Assembly: GCA_051859245.1 (NCBI GenBank)
Contig: JBHYGA010000007.1
Location: 32,001 to 96,000 of the forward strand
Reading direction: 5' to 3'
From: Gemmatimonadaceae bacterium
GTDB taxonomy: Bacteria > Gemmatimonadota > Gemmatimonadetes > Gemmatimonadales > Gemmatimonadaceae
DNA length: 64,000 nucleotides
Part shown: positions 31,544 through 41,122 of the stretch, piece by piece
Numbering within the stretch: position 1 is the stretch's first letter
Layout: each line of letters opens with the position of its first letter
The notes under the pieces: generated by a model
What the model saw: the letters and a program-made list of their open reading frames with translations, nothing else
Databases searched by the model: none
Told to the model about the DNA's origin: nothing
Made by a program: the position numbers and the translations under genes

Positions 31544-32673
31544 ATCGCGTGTCTTCAACCCTCGCCGCGCTGCGCGGAATCGTTGTGAAGGAAACGCACC
31601 ACGTGCTGCGGGATCGGCAGACGCTTGTGATTCTGCTCCTCATGCCGCTGGTGCAGGTGCTGCTCTACGGCTACGCCATTCGCACCGACGTTCGTGGGAT
31701 CCGAACCGTGGTGGTGGATCCTACACCGGATGATGCAACGCGCGGACTCACCGCGCGGTTGAGCGCGTCAACGCGACACCAGGTCCTTGAAGTGCAGCCC
31801 ACGACCACCGCACTCGAACAGGGATTCGCCGCCGGTACATGGCGTCAGGCCATCGTGTTGCCTACCGATGTCTCGCGCCGGCTTGCGCGCCGAGAACCGC
31901 TCGCGGTGCAGGTGATCACCGATGGTAGTGATCCCAATGCGGGCAACGCCATGAAAGCGTACGCCGAGGCGATCATTCGTCGATGGTACGTAGAATCAAC
32001 CAGCGGATTGAGCGCGCGGGGCGCGCCGGGTATCACGGTGGAAACGCGCATGCGATTCAATCCCACCATGGAAAGCGCGAATCTGTTCGTGCCAGGATTG
32101 ATCGCGCTCGTGGTCACCATTGTCTCGGCGATGATGACGGCGGTGGCCATCACTCGCGAAAAGGAAATGGGCACGATGGAAATGCTGCTCGTGTCGCCGC
32201 TACGACCCTCGACCATCGTGCTCGGCAAGGTGGTTCCGTATGCGGTGCTCGGCCTGGTCAATATCGCGATCGTGCTCGCGGCGGCGATCACCGTGTTTCA
32301 TGTGCCGGTTCGCGGCAGCATGCCCCTGCTGCTCGCGATGTGTCTCTTGTACGTGATGACCACGTTGGCTATCGGCATTGTGATTTCGACGGCAGCGCGC
32401 ACGCAGCGAACCGCCATGCTGGCGGCGCTTGGCGGGTTGTTGCTGCCCACGATCATGCTGTCAGGGTTCATCTTTCCGATTGACTCGCTGCCAGCGCCGC
32501 TCCATGCGGTTTCGAACATCATTCCGGCGCGCTGGTTTCTGGTGATTGTGCGCGGCATCATGCTCAAAGGGTCAGGTGTGAGTGTGCTGTGGCAGGAGAT
32601 GCTGATTCTCTCAGCGCTCACGGTGGCTCTGCTGGCGGCCGGTATACGAAGGCTTTCTGTGAGGCTCGACTAA
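31540..32673 (+). CDS. ABC-2 permease (YbhS-like)
   Basis: KE...LRD, FNP, VPGL, REKEMGTME.LLVSP, LSGFIFPI. Confidence 0.93.
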   Translation: MNRVSSTLAALRGIVVKETHHVLRDRQTLVILLLMPLVQVLLYGYAIRTDVRGIRTVVVDPTPDDATRGLTARLSASTRHQVLEVQPTTTALEQGFAAGTWRQAIVLPTDVSRRLARREPLAVQVITDGSDPNAGNAMKAYAEAIIRRWYVESTSGLSARGAPGITVETRMRFNPTMESANLFVPGLIALVVTIVSAMMTAVAITREKEMGTMEMLLVSPLRPSTIVLGKVVPYAVLGLVNIAIVLAAAITVFHVPVRGSMPLLLAMCLLYVMTTLAIGIVISTAARTQRTAMLAALGGLLLPTIMLSGFIFPIDSLPAPLHAVSNIIPARWFLVIVRGIMLKGSGVSVLWQEMLILSALTVALLAAGIRRLSVRLD

Positions 32674-32674
32674 G

Positions 32675-33796
32675 ATGCGCGTGCTTCGAGCCCTCGTGCG
32701 CAAAGAGTTCCTGCAGGTGTTCCGCGATCCTGCCACCGCGGTTCAGATCTTCGTTATTCCTGTGCTGCAGCTGTTGATTCTGTCGAACGCGGCCACGTTT
32801 GATGTGCCACGTGCCGGTATGCTTGTGGTGGACGAAGATCGCTCGGCGTACTCTGCTCAACTCATTGACCGGCTCGATGGCAGCGGCCGGTTCTCCGTGG
32901 TCGCGGTTGTGCCGACCGAGGCCGGGGTTGAACAGGCCTTCCTCGATCGCGAGGCGCGCGCCGTACTGCGAATTCCACGACAGTTTGAGCGGGATCTGGT
33001 GCGGACTGGGCAGGCTACTGTACTGCTCTCGCTCGATGCGGAAGACGGTGGCGCCGCGGGTATTTTGCAAACGGCGGCGATGCAGATCATTGGTGACGCG
33101 TCGCGGAATCTCGTGCCAGCACGTACAGCTGCGATCACGCTGCAGGCGGGTCCACCCGTCGAGATCCGTTCGAGTAACTGGTTCAATCCATCGGGTAACT
33201 ACAAGCACTTCATGGTGCCGGGGCTGCTGGTGTCGCTCACGTCAATCATTGGATTGCTGATCACCGCGCAGAACATTGTGCGGGAAAAGGAGATCGGCAC
33301 GATCGAACAGCTGAACGTCTCGCCCATCACGCGCACACAGTTTCTGCTGGGCAAGTTGCTGCCGTTTTGGATCCTGGCCATGATCATTTTTTCACTGGGC
33401 ATGACGGTTGGCGTTTTTGTCTTCGGTATACCCACCGTTGGCAGCGTGCCGCTCGTGTTTTTGTCCGCCGCGATCTACCTCGTGGTGGCGCTCGGTCTCG
33501 GTCTGCTCATCTCCACGGTCGCGCGCACGCAGCAGCAGGTCATGTTCATTGCGTTCTTTCTTCTGCTGCTGTTTTTGCTGCTGAGCGGAATCTTCACCCC
33601 TCTTGAATCCGCGCCGGGGTGGGCACAGGGCATCGCGGCGTTTAATCCGGTCAAGTATTTCGTATACATCATGCGCACCGTGCTGGTGCGCGGTGGCGGA
33701 ATCGCTGAGGTTGGTTCGACGCTTGTGGGGCTGGCGGTTGCGGGTGTGGCGGTGATGACGCTGGCCGTGCGTCAGTATGACAAGCGGAGTGACTGA
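32675..33796 (+). CDS. ABC-2 permease (YbhR-like)
   Basis: KEFLQVFRD, WFNP, REKEIGTIEQLNVSP, LSGIFTPLES. Confidence 0.93.
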   Translation: MRVLRALVRKEFLQVFRDPATAVQIFVIPVLQLLILSNAATFDVPRAGMLVVDEDRSAYSAQLIDRLDGSGRFSVVAVVPTEAGVEQAFLDREARAVLRIPRQFERDLVRTGQATVLLSLDAEDGGAAGILQTAAMQIIGDASRNLVPARTAAITLQAGPPVEIRSSNWFNPSGNYKHFMVPGLLVSLTSIIGLLITAQNIVREKEIGTIEQLNVSPITRTQFLLGKLLPFWILAMIIFSLGMTVGVFVFGIPTVGSVPLVFLSAAIYLVVALGLGLLISTVARTQQQVMFIAFFLLLLFLLLSGIFTPLESAPGWAQGIAAFNPVKYFVYIMRTVLVRGGGIAEVGSTLVGLAVAGVAVMTLAVRQYDKRSD

Positions 33797-33865
33797 TGGC
33801 TGGAGCCAGGCACCGGCTGCGCAAGGCACGGGAAGCGGTGTAGGCGGGGCATCAAACAGCCCGTG

Positions 33866-36800
33866 TTAGAACATTGACTTGAACCAGTGCGCCACGCGCG
33901 TGAGCACCACACCGCGTCTGGGCAACAGCTCGTCGAGCTCTTCGGTCGTTTCCACCCATCGACTCTGCCCGATGATCGAGAGCAGATCGAGGTACGGAAT
34001 CACCGCCGGCCAGTTCGAAAGAGCGATCACCACTTCTCCGTCGCTGACAAAGCTGCGGTCATTCTGATTGGCCGAACCCAGCAGCGTCATGAAGATCACC
34101 CGTTCGCGCTCGGCGGACGGCAGTTCATTGTACCACCGTTGCACCACATCACTGCCGATATCGATCAGGGGGTCAGGATGCGGGCCAAACGATTGGACAG
34201 CCGTACGCCGCGAGGCAACCTGCGTCATGCGTCGTGGTACGTACTGCTCGGTGAATGACACCCACTCCTCACGCGCCATTACACGCCAGGCTTCGCGCGA
34301 AGCAATGAAGTTGGCCTTCATGTGCAACTGCGGATTCGTCCGGTACTCAAAGTCGGCGGAGTCAAGCGCGGCACTGGGAGTGACGGCGTACCGCGCCGCC
34401 AGTGCTTCGAGGCCAGTATACACGGATGGCGGAAAATCAAAGAGATCGTGCAGCCATTCGTGTCGCTGTAAGGTGTTGCGTACCCCGAGCACTTTGGCCG
34501 GGATGTTCGTGATTGGCAACTCGGAGTTGAATAGCCCCACCTTGAGCATACCACCGTGCCGCCCAAACTCGTTCTTGAGTACGCGCGAAGCCGTGAGCAT
34601 GCGCCAGAGCAGCTCGTGACTGCGAATGATTGAGCCGAACGATCGAGCAGGCGCATTCACGTACGCGGGTGTGATGACCAGTACGCGCCCGCCGCGCAAC
34701 GCACAGCCGAGCAGTGCCGATCCCCAAAACGTGCCGTTCCACAACGAGTCCGGAATCTTGAACACCGAGCCGGGCGGCATCATGGTATACAGAATGGCTT
34801 TGGCCACGTTGACGTCTTTCGAATCGAAGCCGGTTCCGTTCTGCAGAATCGCAGCGCGCTGGAGGCGCGGTTCACCGTCGCCGAGCCCGTCTCCACGCTC
34901 GGCAATGCGCCTGTCGTAGTCCGCGGGTTTGAGTGTTGGCTGGAGTGCGGTGGGAAGGCGTGCTCCACCGAGCCCCTGACGTTCGAGCAGACCGCGAGCC
35001 GCGTCTTTCAGCGCAAGCGCCGCCGGCCCGCGAAGCAGCAAAGAACGATCCTCCCACGACAGGTTGGCGTAGTGCTCACCCACGCCGGCTCCCGTGAGCA
35101 GCGCTTCGCCGCGATACGGATCTGCCTCCGTAATGTCTCGGAGCACAACCTTGCGATGATCGCGCATCCACGTGTCTGGTACCGGAAAGCCGGTAGCGAG
35201 TCGCCAGCTCCAGAAGGTTGGATCGGAAATGTTCGTGATGCTTACGTGTACTTTGATCAGATTCTGCAGCCACGCCTCTCCGTACTGGCGACGCTGTGCC
35301 GTCAGCAACGCGGAATTGTCGACCGCTTCACGCAACGCGTTCTGGGCCGCGTCGAGGGAGTCTGCCCACGCATCAAATGCGCGCGGCAAGGCGACGCGGT
35401 GGTGCAACGGGTCCTCAAGCAATGTCATCCATAGCCGTGACTTGCGCGCTTCGTAGAAGAACTGATCCAACAGAATGAGATACGTTGGAAATCGTCCCGT
35501 TTGATCGTAGGCACGCACACGGGCTGTCATCGTTGACAGATATGAGTGCAGTACATGACGAAAACTCATTTCGTCCGGATCACCTTGTGCGTCGTAGCCG
35601 CGGATATCGTGAATCCAGAGTACGTGATAGTCTTCGGCCTCTCTGATGGTACGATTGAGTTGCCACTGGAACTGCTCATTAATGACGTACGAGACCTCGT
35701 TCCCTTCGTGAAAGGGCTCGCCGGTGGCACTCGCGAGCAGCGCGTCAATCTCGCTCTGCGAATCGTGCTCTTCTGGTCGAAGGGCAAACTGCAGTGGAAG
35801 CCACGTGTAGCGCGCGCTTCCCCATTCGCGTGTGCCTTCCGCTCGCGCCTTGTCCACCACATCGAGCAGTTCGGCGAATACGGCGAGCGTTGGGGCAACG
35901 GCTTCGCGTGGCACGCCGCTCGACACGTGTAGCCAGCGCAGCAGCGCGCCACGTGCGAGTATGGCGAACGGTTCGAGTGTGTCGTCCTTTTTGTCTTGAC
36001 CGAGTAGTCGGTCGTACGGAAGCAGCACCTCGTTGAGCAACACACGACGCGCCTCATTGGACACGCGCACGCCAAGCAGTGTCGGAACACTAGGAAGGGT
36101 GCGTTCGGTCGCAATCAGCGTTCCGCTGTGGTTTGCCACGTGGTCACCGAGCACAACCGCCAGCGAAAACGCGAGATCGATCGCGTCGTGATAGCGACGC
36201 GTTTCTCTCTCAACAGCGGGCACTGATGTATCACCTGCAATCACTGCCAGGCGGCGACGAAGGGTATCCAGTCTCGCGACAACGGCTCGATCGCTCGCTG
36301 CCCCGCCGCCGCCTTTATGATCCAGCCAAGGGACGGTGAGCCACCGTACGTTGTGTGCGGCTTCCCGTACGGTTTCCATGGCTGCGCGAACGGCCGTGTG
36401 TCGAACAATCGGAACTGCAGAGGGCGCTCGCTCAACGCGATGCTGAACAAAGTCATGCGCTGCGCGTGTTTTTCCAAGCGGCGCGCTGCGTCGCACTGGT
36501 GTTTCGAACCCAACAACGAACGCGGGCTCAGCACCTGCAATGAGATCTACGCGCAGTACCGAACCGTCGCGAAAGAGTCCGCCTCGGCGCACCGGCTGCA
36601 GAAAAGAAACATGCGGACGCCATTGTTCGGTGCCGAAGTTATAGTCCGTTCCTACCGCGAGCCGCAGGAACGGTGATGCAACGCGTAGTCGTGCACCACC
36701 CGACGCCCGCGTATCGAGTGAGCCGGCATACAGTTCGCCGTGCAGTCCGCCAATGCCGAGCACTCGGCTGGCCAGCTCGGTGTACGCGCCTACTCTGGCT

Positions 36801-37000
36801 TCGGTCACCGCGGCGTTTTCACCCGAGCGCGCCTGAACACCAGTTGCGAATCCAACTGATGGTAGCCACCGCAACGGCTGACCCAGTGATCGTGTAGTAC
36901 CGCCTTCGTCAGGGCGTCGCGACTGCGCGTTGGCTGTTCCAGTACTGAGCAGCAGAGCCCACGTGAGCAACATCGTGGCGCACGGTGCAGGTCGATTCAT
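33866..37000 (-). CDS. Large exported protein with a divergent phospholipase D (cardiolipin-synthase-like) catalytic region
   Basis: Signal peptide; GNEVSYVIN...IREA; HRKVVLRD (HKD1); WEDRSLLLRGPAA; ALRGGRVLVITP; LHMK and GSANQNDRS..DGE (split HKD2); ATG 37000 overlaps the upstream TGA. Confidence 0.75.
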   Translation of the reverse strand: MNRPAPCATMLLTWALLLSTGTANAQSRRPDEGGTTRSLGQPLRWLPSVGFATGVQARSGENAAVTEARVGAYTELASRVLGIGGLHGELYAGSLDTRASGGARLRVASPFLRLAVGTDYNFGTEQWRPHVSFLQPVRRGGLFRDGSVLRVDLIAGAEPAFVVGFETPVRRSAPLGKTRAAHDFVQHRVERAPSAVPIVRHTAVRAAMETVREAAHNVRWLTVPWLDHKGGGGAASDRAVVARLDTLRRRLAVIAGDTSVPAVERETRRYHDAIDLAFSLAVVLGDHVANHSGTLIATERTLPSVPTLLGVRVSNEARRVLLNEVLLPYDRLLGQDKKDDTLEPFAILARGALLRWLHVSSGVPREAVAPTLAVFAELLDVVDKARAEGTREWGSARYTWLPLQFALRPEEHDSQSEIDALLASATGEPFHEGNEVSYVINEQFQWQLNRTIREAEDYHVLWIHDIRGYDAQGDPDEMSFRHVLHSYLSTMTARVRAYDQTGRFPTYLILLDQFFYEARKSRLWMTLLEDPLHHRVALPRAFDAWADSLDAAQNALREAVDNSALLTAQRRQYGEAWLQNLIKVHVSITNISDPTFWSWRLATGFPVPDTWMRDHRKVVLRDITEADPYRGEALLTGAGVGEHYANLSWEDRSLLLRGPAALALKDAARGLLERQGLGGARLPTALQPTLKPADYDRRIAERGDGLGDGEPRLQRAAILQNGTGFDSKDVNVAKAILYTMMPPGSVFKIPDSLWNGTFWGSALLGCALRGGRVLVITPAYVNAPARSFGSIIRSHELLWRMLTASRVLKNEFGRHGGMLKVGLFNSELPITNIPAKVLGVRNTLQRHEWLHDLFDFPPSVYTGLEALAARYAVTPSAALDSADFEYRTNPQLHMKANFIASREAWRVMAREEWVSFTEQYVPRRMTQVASRRTAVQSFGPHPDPLIDIGSDVVQRWYNELPSAERERVIFMTLLGSANQNDRSFVSDGEVVIALSNWPAVIPYLDLLSIIGQSRWVETTEELDELLPRRGVVLTRVAHWFKSMF

Positions 37001-38184
37001 GGTTCGTCGTGTAAATGCGCCGTGTTCGGCACTGGTGAACGGACCGTGCACTCAACGAGCGCGGAGTCCGGGCGCACAACTCGCAACAATCGCCATACGC
37101 CCGCGGTATCTCGTCGACCCGTGCCAAGGACACTCCGGCACGATGGATCGAGTCTTCTGCCAACGACATGCGTAAGGTCCCACAGCAGGCCCGACGCACG
37201 CTTGATGGCATGGCGATTCCCAACGAGTCGTTGCAACCAGCTATCGCTCGCGAAGGCATTCGATACGTCCACCGATTCCAGGCCGTCCCGCGCCAACGGA
37301 TTCGGGTCAGCGAGCCCAGCGCGCGGCGAGTCGTGCACGCGGCGTGAAATCGTGAGCGCCCGGTCATGTCGCTCGGTATACAGCACAACGCGGGACGCGG
37401 CGCGACGCAATGCAGGCAATAATGAGTCGGCAAAACGAGCGGCACCGTGATCGAGCGCCACGAAAGCCAATGCACGAAGCTTGTCACGCGGGGATGTGTC
37501 CGACGACTCTCGCGCGAGAAGTTCGCTCACCATGCGTCCGCCGAGTGAGTGGGTTGTCAGCAGAACGTGATCGGCACCCAACGTAACCACTACCTGATCG
37601 AGTGTTTGCCGAAAGACGCCTTCGCTGGCGGTCACCGAGGCGGTGTCTTCTTCATACGCGCGAACGAACACGCTTCCCAGTCGTGGCCACGTGATTCCTG
37701 ATCCATGCGAGGGCCAGCAAAACGCGATCCACGGCGCGCTGGAAAGTGAACGCGTGCGCGCGAACACCGGATGGCTTCGACATTCATCTAGTCCAGTGCC
37801 AAAGCCATGGACATAGAGCACCGCGAAATCCTCCGGCACGCGTTGGGACTGGACGCGCGCGTACACAGCGGCCAGAAAGTCGGTGCGCGAGAGCCGCACA
37901 GAATCCCGCAGGGTAAACGTCAGCTTGCCAGCAAACGCATCGCGCACCGCCGAACGCTCGAAGATCGCGGCCCCGTATTCGAGGGTGTCGGTCAGTTTGC
38001 GGAGGTCCCGTCCTCGATCGTCACGCGCTCGCGCGGACACATACCAGATGGTGTCCTTTATCACCACGCCGCTCCGACGCGTCGTTGCGCAAGCCGTGAC
38101 TGTGCAGGTGATCATCACCGAGGCCAGAACCCACAACACAGCGCCATGGCGAGTTGCGGAGCAGCCCAGTCTTCGGGAGGCCAT
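36997..38184 (-). CDS. DUF900-like alpha/beta hydrolase, probable lipoprotein
   Basis: VTAC lipobox-like; LYVHGF, FCWPS, THSLGGR nucleophile elbow, DRAL.IS, C-terminal His. Confidence 0.8.
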   Translation of the reverse strand: MASRRLGCSATRHGAVLWVLASVMITCTVTACATTRRSGVVIKDTIWYVSARARDDRGRDLRKLTDTLEYGAAIFERSAVRDAFAGKLTFTLRDSVRLSRTDFLAAVYARVQSQRVPEDFAVLYVHGFGTGLDECRSHPVFARTRSLSSAPWIAFCWPSHGSGITWPRLGSVFVRAYEEDTASVTASEGVFRQTLDQVVVTLGADHVLLTTHSLGGRMVSELLARESSDTSPRDKLRALAFVALDHGAARFADSLLPALRRAASRVVLYTERHDRALTISRRVHDSPRAGLADPNPLARDGLESVDVSNAFASDSWLQRLVGNRHAIKRASGLLWDLTHVVGRRLDPSCRSVLGTGRRDTAGVWRLLRVVRPDSALVECTVRSPVPNTAHLHDEP

Positions 38185-38430
38185 GAAGTCGACGGCGAGA
38201 GGACGCGCTACTGTGGAGCGCTAAACCTGCGGTATGCCCGAACGATCGCAGTGGCAGCTCCGCTTTACCGTCGGATTATCCCTCTCCCGCATGTCCGGCG
38301 TTACCTGTCAGCCCAACCTGATGCTCTGTTTGAACAACTGCAGAGAACAGATGGCACGCGCACTTACCTCAAGTGGTATAAATGCCGTACGTTGGGCGTA
38401 CCCACCAACCCATTCTCCAGGAGAACACGG

Positions 38431-38790
38431 ATGAAACGCCTCACAGTAGTCGGTGCGATCGCAGTACTCGCCTTCTCGGCAGGCTGCGGCAACACCGCCG
38501 ACGGACTCAAGAAAGACGCAGATAACGCCGCTGAGAAGACCGAGCAGGCCGCAGAAGTGGCGGACACGAAGGTGGACGGCGCGCTGCAGACTGGCGAGGT
38601 CAAGTCGGCGCTGCTTGCGGACACGCGAGTTGGCGCCACTGATATCAACGTGGACACGAATGAAGCCACGAAGACCGTCACGCTGAACGGCACCGTGAAG
38701 ACCGAAGCCGAGAAGACGCTCGCCGGCGAAGTGGCGTCGTCGAAATCGACCGGTTACACGGTGGTCAACAACCTCACCATTAAACCGTAA
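38431..38790 (+). CDS. BON-domain lipoprotein
   Basis: AGGAG RBS; SAGC lipobox; VKSALLAD..INVDT..VTLNGTV..VVNNLTI. Confidence 0.92.
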   Translation: MKRLTVVGAIAVLAFSAGCGNTADGLKKDADNAAEKTEQAAEVADTKVDGALQTGEVKSALLADTRVGATDINVDTNEATKTVTLNGTVKTEAEKTLAGEVASSKSTGYTVVNNLTIKP

Positions 38791-38810
38791 CTGAGCAGCG
38801 CTGCTTAGTT
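38789..38810. terminator. Near-perfect palindrome spanning two convergent stop codons
   Basis: AACTGAGCAGC/GCTGCTTAGTT, one mismatch (G-U pair in the plus-strand RNA). Confidence 0.35.
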
Positions 38811-40925
38811 TCGGGTAAAGACGCTTACCGCTCCGGGCTGAATCGCTCGGAGTGACGCAACGCGCCCGCTGTTGTCACGCACAAACTCCACGGTTGCGCC
38901 CTGCACGCCTTTGATCGTGAACCGGTCTGTCTCCAACGGTTCCATCTCACTTGGTGTGCCGGCCTGCAGCCATACGAGCGTGTTGTTTCGCAGAACCAGC
39001 TCAATCTGCAGTGCGGGATTGTTGTAGCGGCCAACGAACGACTGCAGGTATGCAACCTCGCGCAGTCGCGCGTCGGCCTGTTTGAGAAACGTGACGGGTG
39101 GCACGTTCGCATCAAGCACGACTTGCAACGCGTCTACTCGTCCCGCACTGTTTGTGCGGAACGTCACTTTCTGGTTTTCGAACGTCGGATCGTCGGGATT
39201 ACGCAGGCCGTTGAATGTCTCGTAGTGCCAGTGGGCAAACTTGGCCGAAATGCCGTTGTATGTGCCATGCAGTGTGTCGCGCTCCAATGTGATGTTCAGG
39301 GTACCATAGCCTGAATCGGCATACGCCCCCACGTACTGCGAAAGCGTGTGATTAGGCTTCGTGCCAGCTACGCGTGCGACGGCCTGCAGGCTCGGCGCGT
39401 TACGCGCGGCCAGCGCCGCAGCGTTTCGGCGCGTGATCCCTTCACCGCTCCAGTCTCGCGTCTCACCACCGAGCAAGCGATCCATCGCGTGACGTGAAAT
39501 CAACTCGCCGAGCGCCGAGCCATTCTGATTGACCAGGACCACAATACCAATTCGCTTAGTCGGAAGCATCTGCACGGCCGCGGTGAAGCCATCAATATTG
39601 CCGCCGTGCTGCACGCGATACTGTCCGCGATACGTGTCCACGAACCAGCCGAGCGCGTACGACTGTGGTCCGAGTTCGGGATCGGTGCCCAGTCCTGAGA
39701 TCGGAGTGTACGGGCGGTACATGTCGCGCAGCGTATTGGACTGGATGACTTGTGTGTCACCACGCTTGCCACCGCTGAGATGCAGATTGAGCCAGCGCAG
39801 CATGTCTTCGGCACTGCTGTTGATGGATCCGGCGGGACCAACCAGCGAGATGTCGCGAAAAGGAATGCGTGTGATGGTATCGCCGTTGGTGCGATACGGG
39901 AGCGCGTGATCCGCGTCGAGCTGTGACTGCTTGACACTGAAGTTCGTACGCGTCATGCCGAGGGGATCAAGCACCAGCTGCTGCAGTCCGGCTTCCCATG
40001 TGGAGTTGGTCAGCTCGCCGACCAGAAAGCCAGCGGTCAGGAACATGAGATTGTTGTACTGAAACGTGGTGCGCAGATCTTTGCTCAGCGGCAGATGCGC
40101 GATGCGGCGTACAAGTTCTTCCCGCGTGCTGGAGTTGTTGTTGTACCAGACGAGGTCGTGACGCGGCAACCCACTGCGATGGGTGACCAGATCGCGCGGC
40201 GTAATGCGAAGCGTGGCGACATCGTCGTGCATGCGAAACCAGGGCAGGTACGAGCGGACCGGCGTATCCCACTGCAGGATGCCTTTGTCAACCAGTGCAC
40301 CCATGGCGAACGTAGTAAACGCCTTCGACGACGAGCCAATCGCGAAGAGTGTTTTGGGCGTGACGGGTAGTTTACGTTCGCGATCGCGGAGCCCATGCCC
40401 GGCGAGATAGACCGTTTCACCGTCCACGGTTATGCCAATCGAAAGCCCCGGCGCGTGCCAGTTGGCGATGGTGGAATCAATCCACGGGCCAAATGTCGCG
40501 AGTGCTGCCCGGGCTTTCTCAGCCGGTGACGCGCCCAGGGACATGCTGAACGGAAAGCGAGTTCCTGCCTGCATGAACGTACCGCTCACGGTGCGTGCGC
40601 CTGTGGTGCGTGCGGCGGAGAACGTGGGATTGCCTGGTACACCGCTGATGGTAAAGCGGAGCGAATCGGCAGAGGCCAGTACATTCAAGAGCGCCACATC
40701 ACGCGCGTTCTGCATCGGTATTGAGATGTCGCCGGTGCACGCTCCATCGGCAGCGCGTCGCAGATCCACATCAAAGCCCAGCGCACCTGTTGGCAGCGTG
40801 ATGGCGCCTTCCCATCGTGCCGTGCAGATGTCGGCGGGTTGCGACTGCGCAGACTGCGCGACACCGCTCAAGGCGAGTACGAGCATCATCACGTGAGCGG
40901 CTGCCCTGATTAACGGCTGGTGCAT
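38805..40925 (-). CDS. Serine hydrolase (beta-lactamase class C/PBP-like) with DUF3471-like C-terminal domains
   Basis: SSSK (SxxK), YNN, HGG motifs; YVGAYADSGYG; signal peptide. Confidence 0.92.
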   Translation of the reverse strand: MHQPLIRAAAHVMMLVLALSGVAQSAQSQPADICTARWEGAITLPTGALGFDVDLRRAADGACTGDISIPMQNARDVALLNVLASADSLRFTISGVPGNPTFSAARTTGARTVSGTFMQAGTRFPFSMSLGASPAEKARAALATFGPWIDSTIANWHAPGLSIGITVDGETVYLAGHGLRDRERKLPVTPKTLFAIGSSSKAFTTFAMGALVDKGILQWDTPVRSYLPWFRMHDDVATLRITPRDLVTHRSGLPRHDLVWYNNNSSTREELVRRIAHLPLSKDLRTTFQYNNLMFLTAGFLVGELTNSTWEAGLQQLVLDPLGMTRTNFSVKQSQLDADHALPYRTNGDTITRIPFRDISLVGPAGSINSSAEDMLRWLNLHLSGGKRGDTQVIQSNTLRDMYRPYTPISGLGTDPELGPQSYALGWFVDTYRGQYRVQHGGNIDGFTAAVQMLPTKRIGIVVLVNQNGSALGELISRHAMDRLLGGETRDWSGEGITRRNAAALAARNAPSLQAVARVAGTKPNHTLSQYVGAYADSGYGTLNITLERDTLHGTYNGISAKFAHWHYETFNGLRNPDDPTFENQKVTFRTNSAGRVDALQVVLDANVPPVTFLKQADARLREVAYLQSFVGRYNNPALQIELVLRNNTLVWLQAGTPSEMEPLETDRFTIKGVQGATVEFVRDNSGRVASLRAIQPGAVSVFTRN

Positions 40926-41122
40926 GTCCTTCCTCGCTGAGGTCGTGAGTGGAACATCCGACCAAAAGGTCACGCGCATCGGCCACAAGCGCAAGCGGTG
41001 TCTCACCCCTTCGGGCTATATCGCAAGGAGTACCGAACGCATGCCGCGCTCGCGTGTATGCCACACAGTCATCATACCATGACATGTTGCCGACTGTCGC
41101 GTTCACGTTTCACTTCTCGTTG

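Noticed and set aside
37807..38430. Long N-terminal extension of the BON ORF
   Set aside because: Mostly antisense to the DUF900-like gene; the RBS and lipoprotein signal start at 38431
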